A DNA stretch of 63,798 nt, filler included, from Lenisia limosa (Eukaryota; Protista; Breviatea): NCBI GenBank assembly GCA_001655205.1. It is 12 parts of 12 records of this genome, joined end to end, with 100 filler letters (N's around TTAATTAATTAA, not from the genome) between each part and the next. Parts side by side here need not be neighbours in the genome. Positions count along the whole stretch, not along the records: positions 36,482 to 51,518 come from LPNZ01009384.1; positions 51,619 to 53,496 come from LPNZ01003535.1; positions 53,597 to 62,653 come from LPNZ01007097.1; 9 more parts are not named here. One strand, 5' to 3'. Shown here piece by piece: positions 49,601-61,004 of the stretch. A model generated the notes under the pieces. It was not told the origin of the DNA, did not search any database, and saw nothing but the letters and a program-made list of their open reading frames with translations. Numbering within the stretch: position 1 is the stretch's first letter; every line of letters begins with the position of its first letter. Made by a program: the position numbers and the translations under genes.

Positions 49601-51422
49601 AGTAGAAACGATTTCTGTGATTCATACCTGGAGTGTTGTTTTGGCAAGCTCGTTGGAGGTTGCTCAAATGCGACTGTGAAGGAGCAGTGGCGTGGAATGG
49701 GAGAGGATTGCCTGATGGATAGTTACTCGACTGTCAAAATCGAAACAAAAAACAATAGCTTCAGGGTAGTGGTTGGGCATCACTTTGGTCGAGAAAAAAA
49801 TAATATTGAATTTATATATATCGTCGAAAACTATCGATATTTTCCCGGTCTGTTCTGAACAGAAGTGAAGCCCTAGACAGTGGGGTATCCCCTCTATACA
49901 TTTTTTGCCAGTATCCCCCCCCCCCCCAAAAAAAAAAAANNNNNNNNNNNNNNNNNNNNNNNNNNNNNNNNNNNNNNNNNNNNNNNNNNNNNNNNNNNNN
50001 NNNNNNNNNNNNNNNNNNNNNNNNNNNNNNNNNNACCCAAAGGGATTGAAGGGGGTCGTGGAGGTGGTGGAGATGGATGAAACAGTGTTCTGAAAAAGTG
50101 AGTTGCTGCTAAGCATGTTTGAAATGCTAGTTCCTGTGTTGAAGAATAGTATGGGCGCATACACAACACCATAAATTACATACCGAAAAATTATGTCCCA
50201 AAATGCGCCCATACTATATTTTTTGCTGGCATGTTTGAAACGCTAGGTTCCTGTGTTGAAGAATATCATAAAACAGTTTTAACACAACAAATAAAAAATG
50301 CTTACTTGTTGTTGATTGTGGAGGAGAGAAGGGGGCGGCCCATCAATAGTAGATGAAGGGGAATTGACTAGAATGTTCACAAAAAAAAACATAAATATTA
50401 CCGAGTGAGAAAGAGGATTATAAAAGCCAAATATCGTATCCGATTCTTACTTTGTTCAGGGGCAGGAGTGAGTATACGAGGCAAGGACGCAGCTGACGCT
50501 ATCTGAAAGCAGTCAATTTGGTCAGCAACCTAATCAATTGGAATGGTTGGCGCCAGCAGACAACCTAGCAAACAACCTATCAAGCAGCCCCCCCCCCCCG
50601 TGTCTCCTCCAAGCACTTTACGCACCTGTGACGTCATGATGGCCGAAGGGGCACTTCCGAAAGACGTTGATAGGTCCGGTGTGGCCCTGGCCGCGAGGCG
50701 CCAATCCTCCTCGACCTTGTCTTCCGCAAACCCTTCTTGAGCCTGTCGAAGTAAAGATGGACAGTTGATGGGGGGGGGGGGNNNNNNNNNNNNNNNNNNN
50801 NNNNNNNNNNNNNNNNNNNNNNNNNNNNNNNNNNNNNNNNNNNNNNNNNNNNNNNNNNNNNNNNNNNNNNNNNNNNNNNNNNNNNNNNNNNNNNNNNNNN
50901 NNNNNNNNNNNNNNNNNNNNNNNNNNNNNNNNNNNNNNNNNNNNNNNNNNNNNNNNNNNNNNNNNNNNNNNNNNNNNNNNNNNNNNNNNNNNNNNNNNNN
51001 NNNNNNNNNNNNNNAAGATGGAGCACACTCCGAAGTCCCGTCGATGACCGAATCCTGGGCGTCGTCATATTATATATACTACATGTATATACGCTAGATT
51101 GCGTATGCAAGGATGTGAGAACGTCCAAAGGATGTTTTTTTGCAGTAAAAACTCTATTGAAACTAGGAGCATAGAGATCCAGCGGTTGATGTAAATGTGA
51201 AGAAATAAGCCAGAGAAAAAGGGGAAAAGAGAGAAAAGAAAAGAAAAGAAAAATATGGGAGAGAAAAGAGAGCCAGCCAGCCTCCCCCTCCACCAAGGCC
51301 AAATTGTTCAATACTGGTCTCCGTGGCTTGGTCCCAGGTGCGCTGCTCAACAATGACCACTTCCGGAAAGGCCATTTCAAAGCTGCTACAGTGTGGCAAG
51401 CCCGATTCTGGAACGTGTGAGA
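46640..51422 (-). CDS. C-terminal part of two-component receiver-domain protein (probable hybrid histidine kinase), 5' truncated, 3' end uncertain
   Basis: NKLLRQTACKRFEKMGCTILEA (~48067-48130), DIIDVVLM|DVQMPVMGGKEATTLIRQ (Asp codon 47611-47613), PLIVGLSAGVMDHERESAISSGMHEFCPKPL (~47195-47315). A degenerate receiver-like QKPISMEILR exon lies at ~48965-49130. No kinase domain is visible in the window. Confidence 0.8.
47405..47504. mobile_element. MITE family A, intronic
   Basis: TAGGGCTTCACTTCGGTACGAAAAAG...GAACCGAAGTGAAACCTTA. Confidence 0.9.
47655..49575. mobile_element. MITE family B, three copies (47655-47782, 48832-48921, 49445-49575)
   Basis: Share GACACTTTAATTTCAAATTTTGTCAATTTCTTCAAAAAA. 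The 48832 copy has TAGGGCT...AGCCCTA ends like family A but a different interior. Confidence 0.7.
49345..49875. mobile_element. Two MITE A copies (49345-49440, 49780-49875)
   Basis: TIR and core matches. Confidence 0.8.
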
Positions 51423-51690
51423 GACAGTTATTTCTTGTTTTCAAAAAAAAGCATTCAAAAAACAGCACCAAAATGAAGAAAATTAACACCAAAACACCAG
51501 GGTAGTTTCATGAAACTANNNNNNNNNNNNNNNNNNNNNNNNNNNNNNNNNNNNNNNNNNNNTTAATTAATTAANNNNNNNNNNNNNNNNNNNNNNNNNN
51601 NNNNNNNNNNNNNNNNNNGCCTTTGGCCAGATACAACCTTGTTTTATTTCTCATCTCTTCTTATGGTATCAACTCCCACCCGTATTTAAA

Positions 51691-52090
51691 GCAGGGTTTC
51701 GAATGGGAAAGTTGTCTCGGATATCCGAAGCACGCTTTCTTTACTGCATGTCATCTTGAACGTGAATCACGCCACTTTTGCCTCTTTTACTCCATTCTCA
51801 AAATCGACTTGAGAGTCATTTCAATATACAATAGAATAATATACATAAATCACTCAAAGGAACTTCGATAATTAAATTGCTATCCGAGACAACTTCATTT
51901 GAAACCCTGCTTTAAACACTACTTTCAATACTGTGAGCTTTTTTTTTGTTTGTTTCAAAAATTTCCAATTATACTCCCCACCCCACCCCGTGTTAACGCA
52001 GAAGGAGAAGACAGGCTCGACATTTACGAAAATGGCGTCCTGATTGGGACCCCCTGTACATCAGGATGCGCCAAAAGCGCCGAGACCTTG
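51691..52090 (+). CDS. Hypothetical exon fragments
   Basis: Exon ~51993-52090 EGEDRLDIYENGVLIGTPCTSGCAKSAETL (LamG-like YxNG motif) with AG/GT flanks. An upstream exon at ~51692-51760 is doubtful. Confidence 0.3.
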
Positions 52091-52540
52091 GTAATGAGGG
52101 AGGGGGTGCTGGTGGATTTGAGGATGGTGAGAGGGGAGAAGATTATTCAATGAGGAGTATAGCACAGAGTCCTAATAATATAAAGGGGGGGGGGTGGAGT
52201 TCGACAGTGAATGAGGGGGGTGAAGAGAGGATAATTCAATGGGGACCGTTGGCGTAAGGGTACTAATCACAAACGGCGAGGGGGGGTGGTGGATGTGTAA
52301 GATTTCGGTGCAGAAGAATTGGAAAGGACGGGCTTGTCTAAAAATGGGGTGGCTTTTAGATGAGCCAAAGGACGAGGGTGTTAAATATGGTGATAGTAGG
52401 GCGCATCGACTTGGAATTCTTGTAAAAACGTTGGAATTCTCATATTTTACATGGGAATCCGATGGAATTTTATGGAAATTTGAAGTTATTTATGGGATTC
52501 CCAAATATTATAAGGGAATCCCAAGTTGATGCCGCAGTGT

Positions 52541-53495
52541 AGGGCTTCCCTACAGTCCAAAAACGACTGGTCAAGGATATTTATCGAGGATTTATCGAGA
52601 AATTCAGCCTTTTTTGGAACCGGAGGGAATCCCTGGTGGTAGCCTCCACAAATGACATCAGCCCAATATCGCCCCAAAGCGGTTCGCCCCCCCCCCCNNN
52701 NNNNNNNNNNNNNNNNNNNNNNNNNNNNNNNNNNNNNNNNNNNNNNNNNNNNNNNNNNNNNNNNNNNNNNNNNNNNNNNNNNNNNNNNNNNNNNNNNNNN
52801 NNNNNNNNNNNNNNNNNNNNNNNNNNNNNNNNNNNNNNNNNNNNNNNNNNNNNNNNNNNNNNNNNNNNNNNNNNNNNNNNNNNNNNNNNNNNNNNNNNNN
52901 NNNNNNNNNNNNNNNNNNNNNNNNNNNNNNNNNNNNNNNNNNNNNNNNNNNNNNNNAACCGGACCGGTCATTTACACTAGCCGGCAATTGGAGAAGCAGG
53001 ATACGCTTTCTTATGTATGATGGGCTTTCTTATATGATGGGCTTTCTTATGTATGATGGGCTTTCTTATGTATGATGGGCTTTCTTATGTATGATGGTCT
53101 TGCAATGTATTATCTGTGTGTAATTTATTATGTGTATGATGATTTTTGAAGATTTCTTTAATGAAAATGTTCTTTTGAGGCTTTCTTCTATATGAAGATG
53201 TGCTTGAGCTTAGTAATTGTTTGAGATTGAGATGTGACAGTTTCTTCTCTAAATCTCTACTTTTTTCATTTCCCCTGTTTTTAAGAACACGAAAAAACAG
53301 TGATACAAATATATTCACTGCACGCGATAAGTCCAGACACGACTGACCCAAGATAAAGCTCAATGTTAATCGCGATCAATATATTCCCTTCGCCAGTTAT
53401 GAATATCATGGCTTCTCTACGATCAAAAAGACTAAATCTTTCGATAAACAGTCGATCAATATCGATATTTCATCAGGTTTTTCGTACCAAACTGA
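52541..53495. mobile_element. Two MITE A variants (52541-52636, 53408-53495)
   Basis: TAGGGCTTCCCTAC-type terminus with the family core. Confidence 0.7.
53006..53097. repeat. 19-bp minisatellite, about 5 copies
   Basis: GCTTTCTTATGTATGATGG unit. Confidence 0.92.
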
Positions 53496-53749
53496 ANNNN
53501 NNNNNNNNNNNNNNNNNNNNNNNNNNNNNNNNNNNNNNNNTTAATTAATTAANNNNNNNNNNNNNNNNNNNNNNNNNNNNNNNNNNNNNNNNNNNNTTAA
53601 AAAAAAAAAAAAACCCAATAAGAGATAAAACCCTAGCATAACACAGTATTTCAAAGCGTTACGAACAAAAGAGATATTATGTTATACATTGTATACATAT
53701 GAGGAATAGTTCAGCAAAGATTTCAGAAAATTAAAGATTTGGCATTCAT

Positions 53750-56700
53750 TCAGAGTAATGGATCAAGCGGAAGAGAATCATCAAAAAGCGTACAAGGTTG
53801 GGGAGGCGGAGAGGCACCGGAAGCCGCGTCCGCACCACGCTTCAGGCTAGGACGCTGAAATGGGTTAGATTGGTGGTAATGGGAGGACATGGTGAGCCCC
53901 CCTATTGTGCCAAGAAATTATTAAAATAAATTATGATAGCTTCCTTAACCTGACAATGTTACTGTACCGTAAATATCATATCCCCGAGTGAACCAGCAAG
54001 CCACAGTTCAACGTTGAAAAATTGACTTCTAGGGCTTCACTTCGGTTTGAAAAAAGACTGAATGTCTCGATAAACCCTCGAAAACTATCGAGTTTTTTTC
54101 GAACCGAAATGAAGCCCTATTGACTTTCCTTCAACCACGTGACCAACCTTGTCGTCTTGTGGCCTGAATGGTGAGACAAAGTAGTTAAATAACAACAAAG
54201 GAAGGAAAGAAAGCTATTGGTTTGAAAAAGAACAACCAAAGAAAACAACCCCCCTACTCTGCAGCTTCAGCCTCCTCCTGCTCCTCCTGCTCCGCAAACT
54301 CGCGTAGTTCTACAGGGTGAGTGATCGTTCCTGTTGTGTGTAGTGGTCTTATGTACTATATAAACATAGACTATGTAATAACTGACTTTTTTTTTGAAAG
54401 AAATATGATTATATCAGAGTTCTGCGTGATCCAAGTTCACAGAGAAAAGCTGCTGTCAATACAGACCTCATCATAGTAGATGATAACACAAGTGTATTCG
54501 AATTAGAGCACATTATGAGTTTATATAAGACAGTATTAGTAGATATGACTGAAATAAGATAGAACTGACCAGGGCTATGAGGGAATGCAAATAATTGTTA
54601 ATTGAACTAAAAACAGTTCACTTCAGCTAGCCTTTACATTCCCACCAACCAAGATTGATTTGCATTAAACGCTGCCACGCCAGGAACTAGGGTTGTTAGT
54701 ACAGTGAGAGGCGGAAATGAAAAGAAAAAGGCTGTCACTAGCTGCACTCATGTTTACAAAGGATTGTGTAGGGCTTCACTTCGGTTCGAAAAATCTCGGT
54801 ATTGTACCCTGGTACCTGGGTGAAAAGGGGTGTCATATACTCCTGCATGGCACCGGCGGAGGTGATGTCCATGGGGTCCCGGGTGAAACTTGGGGCGCAG
54901 GAGGAGAGACGACGCGGCTACACCGTAATCAAAAGTAATCTTAAGCTCTTTTCCAAATCATTAAGGTGTGGGAGACATGAACGAGTTTATAACGCAAGTT
55001 ATCCGTTAGGGGTAGTTTTATTCGAAGAGTTTACAATATCATGCATACTTATAACTACTTTATTACATATTTTCAAGATCTGAAGCTCCTACCCCCCCCC
55101 CTCCCGTCCCGGCCAACCAGGGATTGTGAGATGAGGGCACGTTGGATGTGTTTGAGGGCTCCGACGGAGACAGGGGCGGGGCGCGATGGCGGGGATGACT
55201 TCTTGTCCAGGCTTGATGAGTTCTCCTGACCCACAACGCGGCTTTGTTTTTCCTTCTTCTCCTAGGAGAATGAGGAGAGAGCGAACTAAAAAAGACACTG
55301 ATTGAAAGATTACCTAGGATTTAGTGATTTTTGAGGGCTTTTTCGACACTCCCTCCCATACTTCACTACTTACCCCTAGGGCTTCACTTCGGTTCGAAAA
55401 AAGACTGAATTTCTCGATAACAAAACGATCGATAATTTATAGGTCTTTTTCAAAACGACGTGAAGCCCAACCTATCCCCTTTTCCAGGGATTCGGGCCTA
55501 CCATGGCGGCCACACGGGCGGAATGTTTGAGTTCGTGCGGTACCTCATCATCGAAAGTGAGCTGGATGGGAACCTGGGGGGGTCACTAGCAAAACCTTTA
55601 CATACATGAGGGTTTGGAAAAATAAAGGGGTGGGGGGTCAAGGCAGTCGTATATTTGAGTGAAGTGTGGGGAAGATGATGAATAATTGTATACTGATTAT
55701 CTGAAAAAGATATACTATACATATGATATATTTCTAATATCGATATAGTATGTATAAATAGTACATATTACTACATGACATGTACACTGACCGGGATAAG
55801 TCTTGACCTATTTTGCTTGGGAAATCACATAGCAAATCGGTCAAGACTTATCACGGTCACTGCATATATTTGTGAAAACAAACCTGGGGTATCATTTGAG
55901 GAAGTGTAGGGGGTATGAATGTTGTCGGCTTCTTATTGGCTTCTTTATGGACAACAGTGCCCTAAATCGTAAGAGAATCATATATCGTCTGCCTGTTGAT
56001 AAAAACAAGCATCAAAATGATTAGTAAGTCCCAGGTTCAGTCTATTCCTGTGTTGAAACGAAAATGAAAACAGCATCCCCCGCAAACTTGAGGCGGCGCA
56101 AAGAGCTGGCTAGCAAGAAGAGTCTCATATTCAGATAAATTGGAGGTTGACTCAACGTCAGCCATACGATTGTGGCCTAGCGGGTTATATATTACAGGAT
56201 TTTTTTTTTTGGGATATTGTAGGTAAAAAATTCAATTGCGGACTATATGGGATTTTGGAGATGTTAGTGTAGGGATTACTGAAGGACAATTGCTGATGGA
56301 AGCATACCGCAGGGAAGTCCTTAAAACAAAAGGATCTCCCTCCCTCCCAAAAAAAAAAAGAAAAAAAGAGAAGAAGAACCAGAAAACATGACATGCCAAG
56401 CATACTCTGCATATGGGCCTTGAGCTCCGGCGGCAGGGTATAGGCAGTAGGGTTCTGGTGATCCACGGCATCAAGAAGGGACGAGAAGTCTGACGCGGGA
56501 CGGGCATGCGGCTTTTTCTACAGGCGTTATGTTACAGGCGTTTGTTAGAACTAGGGCTATCCTATGATTCGAAAAAAGACCATGGAGTCTCGACAAATAC
56601 GAGAATTTAAGGTGAAATTCCGTTTTTTCGGTACTGTAGACAAAAAAATAACAAAAAAAAAAAAAAAATAACAAAAAAAAATAANNNNNNNNNNNNNNNN

Positions 56701-58160
56701 NNNNNNNNNNNNNNNNNNNNNNNNNNNNNNNNNNNNNNNNNNNNNNNNNNNNNNCTTGGCATCACAGTTTTTGCAGTACCACTCTCCAGTTGGAAGGGAT
56801 TCAAGGGTCCTAAGGGGTCAAGGCGTGTGATAAATAATACTTGGTTGAAAGCCTTTGGTTCAATATTTGAGATGTACGAGAGGTTTAAAAAACAATGCCC
56901 AGTCCAGTTGATTCTCTGGTATCTAGGGCTTCACTTCGGTTCGAAAAAAGACGGATAAATCTCGAAAACTAGTACCGGTCTTTTTCGAACGAAGTGAGAT
57001 ATCGCATCCCATTACTGCAGCGCGCACTTGAGCGGGGGGTTGATGCAGAAGAAGTGGAAGGAGGCCGGGCATCGATCACAGCAAACAAGGTCGCCGCCCT
57101 CTCCACAAGAGTCACACACTTCATAATTCTGGACCTAGGTGGTGTGGAATATGAGTGCCATCAAAATTCAAATGAAAAAGCCGCTGTATAATTGAGTCTC
57201 AAAAAATTGAAATAACGACCAATGCCGAAAAGAAGCAAAAAACAAAAACGTAAGCCTCTCTCTCACTGCACTCTTCTCTCACTGCACTCTTTTGGTACCA
57301 AGGATTGGTTCTTAACTTAAAAAAAGCAGGTTGAAAAGATAAAATAAACAACAAAAAAGCAGTTCAAACCAGTAAAAACGTGAGGTGTAAGGGGAGGGGG
57401 AGGGGATAATAAAAAACATTAGAACGAATAAAAAGGAATAAGTGAGACAGGGCCACCACTCTCTTCCATCAAGGGGGGGGGGGGGNNNNNNNNNNNNNNN
57501 NNNNNNNNNNNNNNNNNNNNNNNNNNNNNNNNNNNNNNNNNNNNNNNNNNNNNNNNNNNNNNNNNNNNNNNNNNNNNNNNNNNNNNNNNNNNNNNNNNNN
57601 NNNNNNNNNNNNNNNNTGGCTCAGCCTTCAACAAAGTCTCCGAAGCCTCCTTCTCTTCTTTTTCGCGTTCCTCCTTCTCTCGCTGTTCCTTCTTTTGTTT
57701 GCTCTTTTCATCCTTCTTTTCCTTCGCTTCCTTGAGTGCAGCAATTCGGCTCTTTTCTGAAGACCTGTGGAAAGGGGAAATGAGAATTAAAAAGGAAAAG
57801 AAGCTTTTACCCTTCTCTCTGCTTCCCTTCCACTTAGCAGAGCAAATTGCAGGAAAGAGGTGAAATATTAGAACAAAAGGACTCAAAGAGCAAAGGAAAC
57901 GCAGAAAAGCCAAGTCACAAACCTTGTTGTTTTTGTTGTTGAGCTTCTTGTGGAAGCCGTTCGCGCTCTTCTTCCCCGTCCTCTTCTTCTTTTATCACCC
58001 CTTGGGATAACTTCCTCCATTACCACGTCGCTATCGCTTTCAACGTTTGCAGCAACATCATTTGAAGTACTTTTCTTCACCATTTCTGAATCTATAAAAA
58101 TAAGAGAAAGTAGAAGAAGACAACAAAATCAAACCTTCTGCCTCACGCATTCCCTGAAGA
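53750..58160 (-). CDS. PHD-finger protein (Rco1/PHF12-like)
   Basis: Exon 57028-57134 [33 protein letters not shown] joins ~56755-56810 [15 protein letters not shown] to give a C4HC3 PHD. The N-terminus is charged and low-complexity; the last exon ends ...PLDPLL* at 53750. Confidence 0.85.
54030..54119. mobile_element. MITE family A with flanking TTGACTT direct repeat
   Basis: TAGGGCTTCACTTCGGTTTGAAAA...GAACCGAAATGAAGCCCTA. Confidence 0.92.
54769..56997. mobile_element. Four MITE A copies/fragments in PHD-gene introns (54769-54795, 55377-55470, 56552-56640, 56924-56997)
   Basis: Three begin TAGGGCTTCACTTCGGTTCGAAAAA; one is a variant. Confidence 0.8.
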
Positions 58161-58551
58161 ACACTGCGATAAGACTTTGGTGAACAAAACAAAAAATCCA
58201 AGGATTTTCCTGATTAATTCATTCGTTAGATAATCCTATATATGCAACACTATGTATTTAACAGGTTAGATTCTTAACGGAAGAATGGAAAATTTTTCTC
58301 AAACTTTTTTTTACAACAAATGTCCCAGATTTTTTCTGGGCACAAAAGAGGGTAGTTTCAAAAAAAATATTTCGCATATTTTCATCAGTTTTTAAGTTCT
58401 TAATGTGCAAATAACTTATATCAAATGGTAAATAGTTGTTTAAACGATAGCACCTCAATTTGTTAAGTCCTGAGTCACCTTTGGCTTCTGTATTCTCTTG
58501 TAGTCGCTTAAATATGTTAAAAAACGTCACGTAAGCGACGCAAGAAAACAT

Positions 58552-60714
58552 ATGGCGGATGGGCATTTGTCGATTCTCGCTCCCAGAGCCTCCTCTCTCC
58601 TTTCCTTAGTCGCTCTTTTTCTACTATTTAATTTGGTCCGATCTGGTAAGGAACCCATTAGATTTTCAGTGTTACTTATATTTAGATTTTTCCATTTCTG
58701 AAGCCCCGCCTTACATCAATTCAACCACCTCTTTCATAGAGATAACTCTGACTTTTCCTGAAGATGTGTCTGCTTTATCTCAGCTTGATTGCACTTTGAA
58801 AGATAATCTTTCGCCAAGTTAGGGGATGGCTTTGAGGTGGAGGAAATTTGCTGATTTGAAAAGGGCCTGCTGAGCAGACTAAAATGATACCATTTTATAA
58901 CAATTCTGATTATATTGCCGAGGTGGAATGATTTTATTATTGTTTACATGTTAACCCAACAGCTACGATAACAACGACATCCTTCATTCTTCCGTCCATA
59001 ACAAGTCCGAGCTCTCTTGGTCTTGTAATCCCCCACGTGCCAGGCCACTCGTTCACTTCGCTTGACCTCACATGTGTCTTTTCCGCGGGTTCTTTATTGG
59101 GCCAAACATCAACGGTGGTGTCACCATCAGGCAGTAGCGGTATGTGGTTTGGACAGCAATGACAATGAAGCTTACCTTCGTTGTAAAAAAACAGCGATAA
59201 TTCTCGGAATTTTATTGGTCGCGTGTTTTGAGTTGTTTAATTTATCACCCATTGTGTTTCCTCTTTTCTCACTTTCTTTCCTTTTTTCAGGACCGTTTAT
59301 GCGCCTATACATTGAAATTTGGCTGCTTTCGCTGTTTTCTTTTTTTTTCTCGTATTTTTTTTTTTTTTTTTTTTTTNNNNNNNNNNNNNNNNNNNNNNNN
59401 NNNNNNNNNNNNNNNNNNNNNNNNNNNNNNNNNNNNNNNNNNNNTCTTGGACCAAATACCCCAGTGCTGGTTTGGTTTCTTGCATTTGATTACCTTTTAG
59501 TGCTCCCAACAACAACATGCAGCAAGTGCACTGATAATATAACACATTTAGCCTGTCCCCGCGGCTGTTTGACTTGCGCGGGGCCGAACCTGGGGTGTAC
59601 ATCATGTCCCGTCGGATATGCACTATCTGGTCCGACCGGCGACGTCACCACTTACTGTGCCCAAATTCCAGTGGCAGTAGGTACTGATGATGAGGGCTCG
59701 GATGCGGAAGAAGACTTTCTCTATGTGAATGGGATGGGACTTCTCTTATTTTTATCTGCTGTGTGGTCCGAGACGGCTCAGTTCTCGGATCAATCTCGCA
59801 GGCTTATTTTTGTCCTGTTAGTGGTTTGAACCGAACTTACCAGTTCAGTTCCTTATGATTAGTGCGGTTGCAGTTGTTACCTTCGCATTTATTGGTCTCA
59901 TCATTGCGGCCCTAAGCAAGTGCTGTAAGAAGTGAGTTGGAACTTGGCAATGTTTGTCATAATTTCTTTTCCAAGGTGTTAGGTAAAGCTGTAATATTTT
60001 TTCTCTCATAAATATCCCTTGGGGGGATTCTGCTGGTAGCTTCGGCCAATTATATCTTATTTCACAATATCAAATTCAGAAGGCTTAATGAAGAAGAAAA
60101 AAAGAATTTTGTTTGATAAACCTTCAAGAAGTATTATTCTGGTCTCCATCATTCCGCATTTACACATAAGGAAAAAACCGCGGGTGTTCCACCTTCAGCC
60201 CGTCTCAGAGGAAGATGACTTGTCATCGTTACAGGTGGGGTCTTATGTAGGGCTTCCTTAGAAGAGGCAATAACACGTTATATATCTGGCAGGATGAAGC
60301 TAATAGAACGCAGGTGATAAATGTACCACCGTCTCCGCGAAATGCAACCCCCATGGTACGAACATTAAGTCGAAAGTCATTCAAGAACTACCAGGCACCT
60401 GCCAAGTCCACACCATTACCAGGTCTGTTAGTCTTCAGAGAGCCAAACTAATAAAGCAAACATATATTACCATTTATCAAGTATTATATCTGAAACATTC
60501 TATTTTGGGCTGAAAGTTACTGAATTATCTGATATTTAGTTCAAGTTTCGTAACACTGTTCCATCCGACTGTTTACTTTTCAGGGACAACTACGGAGGTG
60601 GTAGCTGAAGAAGAGGAAAACAAGCCCGAGGAACCTGAGCGACTACCCACACCAGAGCTGAGTAGTTTGGGTTCCTTTTCCTCTCTGGATGGTTTTGGCA
60701 ATGATGGACCCTAG
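58552..60714 (+). CDS. Type I membrane protein with furin-like Cys-rich repeat
   Basis: Signal-like first exon (SLLSLVALFLLFNLVRS), S/T-rich region, ACPRGCLTCAGPNLGCTSCPVGY, TM exon FLMISAVAVVTFAFIGLIIAALSKCCK, then a low-complexity tail ending GNDGP* at 60714. Confidence 0.75.
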
Positions 60715-61004
60715 ATATGGGCTGTGGGTTGGTTTTGATACGCTGTATAGGTTGTTATTGTTTTGATATTCTTTTTGGTTGTTTTGACAACTTATGTGCT
60801 AACATTTATGTGATTTTCGAAGTCTAAGTTCAAAGTGGTTCATATGGCCCGTTATTGGAGATTCTGGCTAAAACAAAATCCTATTTCGGCCCATAATCAA
60901 AAAGAGCCCCTCCAACCAGGCCCCCAAGATCAATATACCCTAAATAAAAAGGAAACAGAATTTCATACCACCAAAAAATAAAATACAGCTAGAAATAAAT
61001 AGAG

